This document shows, in pieces, positions 57,912-64,000 of a stretch of 64,000 bases of DNA. How positions within the stretch are numbered: position 1 is the stretch's first letter; each line of letters begins with the position of its first letter. Source of the stretch: Candidatus Poribacteria bacterium (lineage in GTDB: Bacteria > Poribacteria > WGA-4E > PCPOR2b). The stretch covers positions 608,001-672,000 of the forward strand of contig OZ244587.1 of assembly GCA_965218095.1 (NCBI GenBank), read 5' to 3'. The notes under the pieces were generated by a model, which saw only the letters and a list, made by a program, of their open reading frames with translations, searched no databases and was not told where the DNA came from. The translations under genes were made by a program, and so were the position numbers.

Positions 57912-60062
57912 ATGATGATTCGGCTCAAGTTTGGAAGAAAAGGAAGGAGGTGCCTGCATCCCAATCGGAGATCGGGGAAAGAAAAGGGAGGGACAGAAGA
58001 CGCTTCCTTTACGTTTTACGCTTTCCGTTTTATGTTTCACGCAGCACTTCTGATCTGTTTGCTGACTTTCTTAATCAGTTGCTCGCAGGAAAGTGAGAAA
58101 CGAGCCCCGATTTCATGGAATGTCACCTTTTTTCCGCTCGGTGCAAAAATCCACTTTGACCCCACCGTTCGAGAGCCGGTGCAACAAATCCGTGTGTTCG
58201 ATACAGATGGTAGATCGGTTGCTCAATTAGATCTCGGGGGATACCTACGTCGCATGGAGTTGCTCTATTTCCGATGGGAAAAAGGGGGGATGTATCGGTT
58301 TGAAGTGACGTGTACTAACGGGGAATTGACTACCAGAGTTGCCCAGGCGCCTCAAATCCATCCACGTGGTTCGATCGAGATTGCCATTCCGTATGGCGCT
58401 GTGCAGGCGGACAGACCTATTGGTGTTGTCGGTACAGGGTTTAATCCTGCGCCAACAGCCTCGGTGGACAGCGCCGCAGATTCATCGCAGAAAGCATCAC
58501 TGGTGCCCCAAGGCAGCGAAATGACTGCAACAGTGCTGATCCGGAACGGTTTGGCGGCGCCTGTTACGTTTCATGTCGTGCTTCAGATTCCACCATCAAT
58601 TCAAGTGCTGTGCCCGCCCCCAATCTGGGATAGAAATGATGACCTAACCCCCCGGCTCCCTTCCTCCGCTACGCGAGAGTCCAAATACCTACAAGGGAAG
58701 GGGGAGAAGGACGGGGCTGAGGAAACCACACTCGTTGCATGGGGGAAATCCGCGGTCGAATCAGAAGTCTGGTATAGCCAATTGAACTTAAAAATTCCAG
58801 ATGAACAGCTTCCCGCTTCCACGCAGATCAGCGCGACTGTTTTCTTCAAGGATGCGCCAGGAGACCGGTGGGAGCGGAAGGTGACTGTCCCATTGCGCTC
58901 TGCAACCATCGACGAAATCGCTGGACGACTCTCGATTGCGGACGTTATCATGCCGGCGGACGCCAAAGGCGTGTCCGATCCCCGCCAACGTCCGGACGCC
59001 ATTTCTTATCCTCGTCCACTGTTGGGAGGATTAGGCAGATGGTTCGGAGCAAAAGAAGGTCATGTGAACGAATTCCAACCCGTCACATACCAAACGGTAC
59101 ACATTCACAATCGGGGGCAGGAGACTGTTCACGTTATTGTCGCCTCGCTGAACCGTGATCTAAAGCGTGAGGAGCCGGTTTCTTTCCTCGCACCCCCTGA
59201 CGCTATCAACGCTGGCACGAATCGCAGCCTCGCGTTCGTCAGCTTGACGGGAGAAAGCGCCACCGCTGTCCCGTTGCCAATCTACTTCAACCCGGCGTCC
59301 GTGCATACAGCGCAGCTAGATTTTATCGGCGCCGGACGTTATGAACGCGCAATTGAGGTGAAGATTTGGGGCAGCGATGCAACGGTACTTCACGCTGCGC
59401 GCCCACTGCTTATCATGACGCCCAATCTGCACGCGTTGCTCGTTACCTGCCTTGTTCTTGTCGCCACGAGTTTGGGAGGCGGCTTATTGCTCCGTTTTCA
59501 TCAACGGTTATTTAGCCACCTTTCGACCAAACAACTGATCATCATTTCCCTGTTCGGCGCGACGATCTTCATCGTCGTCAGCGTCCCATCGACGCTGCTT
59601 GCTAATCTGATTTCTGCGCTGCTTGGTCCAATCGCGTTTCTGATCACCGGATTGATTAACGAAATGCTATACTATGCTTTGCTTACATCGCTGCTGATGC
59701 TCATCCCCAAATCTGGGGCGATTACCCTCGTTTCGGCAGTCCGATTACTGTTGGGGAGTATTATGCTTGGATTATTCACACCTGCCGCACTGCTCTACAC
59801 CGGCACAAGCGTACTGCTGCTAGAAGCAGGTTTTCAGATTTCACGGAGAGGGACGAATCTGCTGCTCTTACCGTTCATATTCGGCATCTGCGACGCCCTC
59901 GCTGTCTACGTTGATTTCCAATTGAGCATGACGCTCTACCGTCTTTTCTACGCAGATTGGTATATCCTGACACGAATCTTCGTTGATGGGTTTACTTATA
60001 CGTTTATCGGTGTGCTTTTGGGAAGGCGGTTAGGTTGGGGGTTATGGCGGGTTGCGGACTGA
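57912..60062 (+). CDS. Large ectodomain fused to a C-terminal ECF S-component-like membrane domain
   Basis: Lipobox-like FLISC; ~450-aa soluble part; then TM helices STKQLIIISLFG...IPKSGAITL... resembling MptD/Trep_Strep-type S components. Confidence 0.6.
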   Translation: MMIRLKFGRKGRRCLHPNRRSGKEKGGTEDASFTFYAFRFMFHAALLICLLTFLISCSQESEKRAPISWNVTFFPLGAKIHFDPTVREPVQQIRVFDTDGRSVAQLDLGGYLRRMELLYFRWEKGGMYRFEVTCTNGELTTRVAQAPQIHPRGSIEIAIPYGAVQADRPIGVVGTGFNPAPTASVDSAADSSQKASLVPQGSEMTATVLIRNGLAAPVTFHVVLQIPPSIQVLCPPPIWDRNDDLTPRLPSSATRESKYLQGKGEKDGAEETTLVAWGKSAVESEVWYSQLNLKIPDEQLPASTQISATVFFKDAPGDRWERKVTVPLRSATIDEIAGRLSIADVIMPADAKGVSDPRQRPDAISYPRPLLGGLGRWFGAKEGHVNEFQPVTYQTVHIHNRGQETVHVIVASLNRDLKREEPVSFLAPPDAINAGTNRSLAFVSLTGESATAVPLPIYFNPASVHTAQLDFIGAGRYERAIEVKIWGSDATVLHAARPLLIMTPNLHALLVTCLVLVATSLGGGLLLRFHQRLFSHLSTKQLIIISLFGATIFIVVSVPSTLLANLISALLGPIAFLITGLINEMLYYALLTSLLMLIPKSGAITLVSAVRLLLGSIMLGLFTPAALLYTGTSVLLLEAGFQISRRGTNLLLLPFIFGICDALAVYVDFQLSMTLYRLFYADWYILTRIFVDGFTYTFIGVLLGRRLGWGLWRVAD

Positions 60063-60477
60063 AACGTGAGACGTGTGGTGATGAATCAGTTCATTATGCG
60101 TAAAATCACTGGAAACAGACAAGACAGACTCATCTTCCAGTCGTTGAACAAAGGCAGCACACTCGTCATGATAGGGTTCAGTACCATCAAAGTGGGGTTT
60201 GACGAAAGAGGTTTCCCAATAAATGATTGAATCAAGCGCATCCGTAAATGTACGGCGTTGGGCAGGCATTACTCCTCCTCTACCTCATTGCCCCAGTAAT
60301 GCCCCCGCATCTCCAGTCAAATCTGTCGGCTGATTTCTGGGCCCATGTGTAAGCTGCCAGCGGATTGCTTAATAGCATTGTCCCAGTCTTTTTTTCATCT
60401 CTTCCGTGGTGGCTAAGTCCAGCCCCGTTTTTGAGAAGTTCTCGAATTTTTGGTGGTAGATCTTTTTAAGTGAACAT
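60042..60477 (-). pseudogene. Decayed antitoxin + truncated PIN-toxin pair
   Basis: Antitoxin-like frame with stops ends EVEEE*, overlapping (TAATG) MPAQ...IYWETSF...SDFTHNEL, a PIN-like N-terminus. Confidence 0.55.
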
Positions 60478-60600
60478 TGCGGTTCCTCTTTCGATTTTCA
60501 GATTATAGCATATCCCCATGCGGAATGCAATCGTGAATCGACGAATCAGCGGATGAGCGCATCCGCAACACATTTCACATTTTATTGATGGAGAGATTTT

Positions 60601-62310
60601 ATGAAGACTCAGAGCTTACGATTAATCATGTTTTTTACCTTGTTGCTGTTTTTCCTTATATTAATCAATCCGGCTCACAGCGGAGAAGTGTACAAGGGAA
60701 GGGTTGTTGCCTTTGCAAGGCTTGGCATTGTGATAGAACTAGACAAAAGGATCCCAAAAGCGGAATTACCCAATTTCATTCAGTTTCTCGAATCTGAGGA
60801 CCCACACCGGACGCTTTTCGTCCATCAGATTAATGAAACTCGTTTTTTTGTCGAGTCCCATTGGGAACCAAATCAGTCTGACTCACGGGCATATCAGTGG
60901 GGGAATGGCAATCGATTTGAAATCAGTGCGACATCACCACTCAAACCGCGTCCACATCGCATCAGCACTGTCGAATTAGACGATTTACTGTCGCTGTTGG
61001 AGAATTTGCAACGCCCAGCGAAACCAACGACGATTGCCTTTTCCCTTGACGGAGAACAGCTTGCAATTGCAACTGATGCCGGACATCTGGCAATCATCAA
61101 TCCGCTCACAGAGAAGGTGATCTGGAAAACGCGCATCTCCGAAGGTTACGCCAAGCAGGTGACGTTCAGTCCGGATGGAAAGCGCTTTTACATCGGCGAA
61201 CAATCGGTGGATGGCTTCATCTACGGCTATGATTTGTCGAGCGCAAAGCCCAAGCTGCTGTGGAAATATCGCATGGCGGACGACATCGAGACTTCGGTGC
61301 CACAGAATCCGAACGATGTGTATGCGTGGGTGCAGTATCCGGGGACCTATCGCATCGCAGCAACGACGGAGGGCGATCTGCTTGTGGCAGGGAATCATTC
61401 GTGGAGGAAAGATGGGGTGAGCCTAAAAAAAGCGCAACTCTACCGTTTCGATGGAGAAACGGGGCATCTCCAATGGAAGTGGCCCCGCAATCGGGTACTC
61501 CCGATGATCATCAGTTGGTTTGATTATAGTCGTGATACGAAAACGGTCGCACTGCTTGCCTACAAGAGAAGGAGTAAGGAATCTGGACGATTCAAATCTG
61601 GAACGTTGTACGTGATTGATGGCAAGACAGGTGAAACGCGGTGGGAGTATACCTTCGAGCCACTCAAGCCGTACTTCGAGGAAGTGACATTCTGGCGAGG
61701 CGTCAGTGTCGCACCCGACGGTGGATTTATTAATGTTGCTACGGACGATGGGCGAGCGTTCATCTTCGATGCTACGAAACCAGAACCCATTTGGCAAACA
61801 AACCTCACAACGCCGCTTGAAGTCAGCGACATCCCAATCATCGCCACCAACGGAACAACCGGTGCCACCAATGACTTCTCGCTCTTTGTGACCGGCGATA
61901 CTTTTATTCCGTATCACTTGCAGAAAGGCGCCCAACAGCCGCCCTCCGCCCATCCGAATGGAATGATCCTGTTTGCTTACGCATGGGCAGGAAAGAAGGT
62001 CTGGCAGTGGGAGTTGGAAAATATGCCACAGGGCTTGCGGGTTGATACGGCGGGACGATATGCAGTTGTCAGCGTCTCCAAGCGCAGTGGAAATATTGAG
62101 GAGCAACTTCATGGCGTCTCTGTCTTTGACCTCACCGCACAGGGCGGGGGACTTTCTAAATACCTCTATACCTATCGAACAGAGGGGCAGCTCCCCTACG
62201 ATACCATCGACATTAGTGCGGACGGGCGGTTCATTGCCTTCATCGAAACGCCGATTGTAATGCTAGACGAAACAGTGCGTGGAAAGAACCGTGTGCATAT
62301 CATTCAGTAG
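60601..62310 (+). CDS. Secreted WD40/PQQ-like beta-propeller protein
   Basis: Signal peptide; AFSLDG, TFSPDG, DGETGHLQWKW, DGKTGETRWEY, ISADG. Confidence 0.8.
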   Translation: MKTQSLRLIMFFTLLLFFLILINPAHSGEVYKGRVVAFARLGIVIELDKRIPKAELPNFIQFLESEDPHRTLFVHQINETRFFVESHWEPNQSDSRAYQWGNGNRFEISATSPLKPRPHRISTVELDDLLSLLENLQRPAKPTTIAFSLDGEQLAIATDAGHLAIINPLTEKVIWKTRISEGYAKQVTFSPDGKRFYIGEQSVDGFIYGYDLSSAKPKLLWKYRMADDIETSVPQNPNDVYAWVQYPGTYRIAATTEGDLLVAGNHSWRKDGVSLKKAQLYRFDGETGHLQWKWPRNRVLPMIISWFDYSRDTKTVALLAYKRRSKESGRFKSGTLYVIDGKTGETRWEYTFEPLKPYFEEVTFWRGVSVAPDGGFINVATDDGRAFIFDATKPEPIWQTNLTTPLEVSDIPIIATNGTTGATNDFSLFVTGDTFIPYHLQKGAQQPPSAHPNGMILFAYAWAGKKVWQWELENMPQGLRVDTAGRYAVVSVSKRSGNIEEQLHGVSVFDLTAQGGGLSKYLYTYRTEGQLPYDTIDISADGRFIAFIETPIVMLDETVRGKNRVHIIQ

Positions 62311-62552
62311 CAGAATATCGGCAAGCGTGTCGGCGGTGTTTTTGCTTTAATTGCCGCCACTTTCACAATCTCGTCATCCTCTATCAAGACGCACAGCACA
62401 CTGACATAATGGTTTGAAATCAAAGATTCAGTCATAGCAACGATCCATTCTTTGCTAGGTCAGATATGTAAATTCTACACCCCTTGTAGAGACTACACCC
62501 TCACCAACTAGCACTAAAGGTTGATAACCTCGAATATCTGCTTAAAGACTGT

Positions 62553-62960
62553 TTGACAGTGGCTCGACCAATTCTTGAACAGCGAAAGCTGGCATTTGCC
62601 GAATATGAGGTCAATGTGGTTGGCAACAATATTCGGTCGCTTCGTGAAGAATTAGGACTGACTCGCGAAGAGGTCGCTAACAATGCGCCTCACCTTACAG
62701 TGGAGATCCTTCGTCACATTGAAGAATCTGTCAATCGCGTTTCTAATCCAAGTCTAATTCAGTTCCGGGAAATCGCTACCATCTTGAAGACAACCGTTGC
62801 AGATTTGGTCGAGCCGGATCTGAACGAGCGATTAATGGCTATCCTTCAGGATTGGATGACTGGAAGGCGGGCGGCTCGCTTTCCAGGTCTCAGCATTAAA
62901 GATCGGAATAAACGACTTCGTCGATTGCTGCTTCGAGTGATTGATTCCTTGGAAGTATAG
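62553..62960 (+). CDS. XRE-family HTH protein, probably the C-terminal fragment of a larger gene
   Basis: VGNNIRSLREELGLTREEVA...NPSLIQFREIATILKTTVADL; no clear RBS or start. Confidence 0.6.
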   Translation: MTVARPILEQRKLAFAEYEVNVVGNNIRSLREELGLTREEVANNAPHLTVEILRHIEESVNRVSNPSLIQFREIATILKTTVADLVEPDLNERLMAILQDWMTGRRAARFPGLSIKDRNKRLRRLLLRVIDSLEV

Positions 62961-63211
62961 AATAAGAAACCTATGAGATTGCCGAACCCTGAAAGAAGCA
63001 ACTCAGAAATCAAGATCTAGCCTTCAATGCTGAGGGTTAAGCCCCTCCAACTCAAGGAGGACAAACCGTCCATCCTTCCGAATTAACTTCCCATCAAAAT
63101 AGATCTTACCGCACCACAACCGGGGGTTTGGATCATGACCATATCCCAATGGGCGCTGGATCGAACACCGTTGTCCGCATTCCAGGTTTTTGAACAAGCT
63201 GGCAGCGTATT

Positions 63212-64000
63212 CTACGTCTCATTTCCCGCATTGTCACGCCGGCGCTCCGGCAGCAGAAGCTCCCACACCAAAAATAGCAGGGCGAATGCTAGGAAATACT
63301 GAAACCGATCCTCATACTGCGTAAACTGTCGTTCCTCAATCTCGCGTTTCTCAATCGCAGCGAGTTCTACGAACAAACGTTCTATCTCTGCTTCGCCCGG
63401 TGTGGCTCGATAATAATTTCCGCGTGTCAGTTGGGCAATCTCTCGTAACAGAGTATCCTCTAGTTTCGTCACGACAGGCTTACCATTTCGATCGTGCTTG
63501 TACCCCCGGAATTCGCCATTTGACTGACGGAGCGGAATTGGCGTCCCCTGATTGGGCGAACCGACGCCAACACAGTAGATGCGTATCCCTTGGTTGGCTG
63601 CCGCTTTCGCCGCTTCAATCGCTTTCTTCCCGTGGTCTTCACCATCTGTGAAAAAGAGCAGGACTTTGTACTTATCCTCCTCCTGGTTGAAACTGGATGC
63701 CGCTGTGTCGATGGCTTCGCTAATCTCGGTGCCGCTTTGTGAGATTGTATCCACATCAAGGGCATCAAGAAGGAGTTTGGCCGCGGCGTAATCGATAGTC
63801 AGCGGGCATTGGACAAAGCTATCACCAGCAAACGCGATCAGCCCGACCCGATCGCCTTCCAGCCGATCAATGAGGGAGGAAATCGTGTGCTTTGCCTTGA
63901 GCAGCCGATTCGGCTTAATGTCCTCTGCCAGCATACTTGCCGAGATGTCTAACCCGATCATAATATCCAAACCACTCCGTCTGACCAGTTCAAGTTTCGT
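63212..64000 (-). CDS. BatB-like vWA domain protein (5' end outside the window)
   Basis: DISASMLAEDIKPNRL, DRVGLIAFAG, PLTIDY, TDGEDH, YEDRFQYFL. Confidence 0.88.
   Translation of the reverse strand, partial: TKLELVRRSGLDIMIGLDISASMLAEDIKPNRLLKAKHTISSLIDRLEGDRVGLIAFAGDSFVQCPLTIDYAAAKLLLDALDVDTISQSGTEISEAIDTAASSFNQEEDKYKVLLFFTDGEDHGKKAIEAAKAAANQGIRIYCVGVGSPNQGTPIPLRQSNGEFRGYKHDRNGKPVVTKLEDTLLREIAQLTRGNYYRATPGEAEIERLFVELAAIEKREIEERQFTQYEDRFQYFLAFALLFLVWELLLPERRRDNAGNET

Noticed and set aside
1-64000. tRNA, rRNA, prophage or intact defence systems
   Set aside because: None recognised by eye; a tRNAscan-SE/Rfam/DefenseFinder run would be needed to exclude them formally.

Overview
A 64-kb bacterial window, most likely Candidatus Poribacteria or a similar marine/sponge-associated lineage. 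This is inferred from the many secreted proteins ending in an 'NYPNPFNPETWIPY...RKMVILK' domain, internalin-type LRRs, dockerin-like motifs and dense short-repeat families; no database check was possible. Layout: (1) 0-12.5 kb, small-molecule catabolic genes, several pseudogenised by in-frame stops, preceded by a lone integron attC-like site; (2) mqnC, a flavoprotein disulfide reductase, an aldolase, an oxidoreductase and a Na/Ca antiporter; (3) a REP-flanked RAYT transposase abutting three tandem secreted LRR/Ig proteins that share a C-terminal domain and a duplicated ~470-bp terminator-promoter-signal-peptide spacer; (4) glnS followed by a 177-bp IS200/IS605-type MITE; (5) a hydantoinase/oxoprolinase cluster with two B subunits; (6) DgoD-like dehydratase, KDG kinase, BatA-like protein, coaE, a decayed IS5, DUF2851 and a YCF48-like protein; (7) ECF sigma/anti-sigma/HtrA, with the HtrA lacking its catalytic His; (8) a cobalamin riboswitch ahead of a secreted beta-propeller with the shared C-terminal domain, an ECF-S-like membrane protein fused to a large ectodomain, and a second beta-propeller; (9) an XRE fragment and partial BatB. 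The best novelty candidates are the B12-scavenging locus, the modular LRR/CTD surface-protein array, and the REP/mini-palindrome system that also inserts in frame into genes. No rRNA, tRNA or CRISPR array was recognised. All product calls are by motif recognition by eye.
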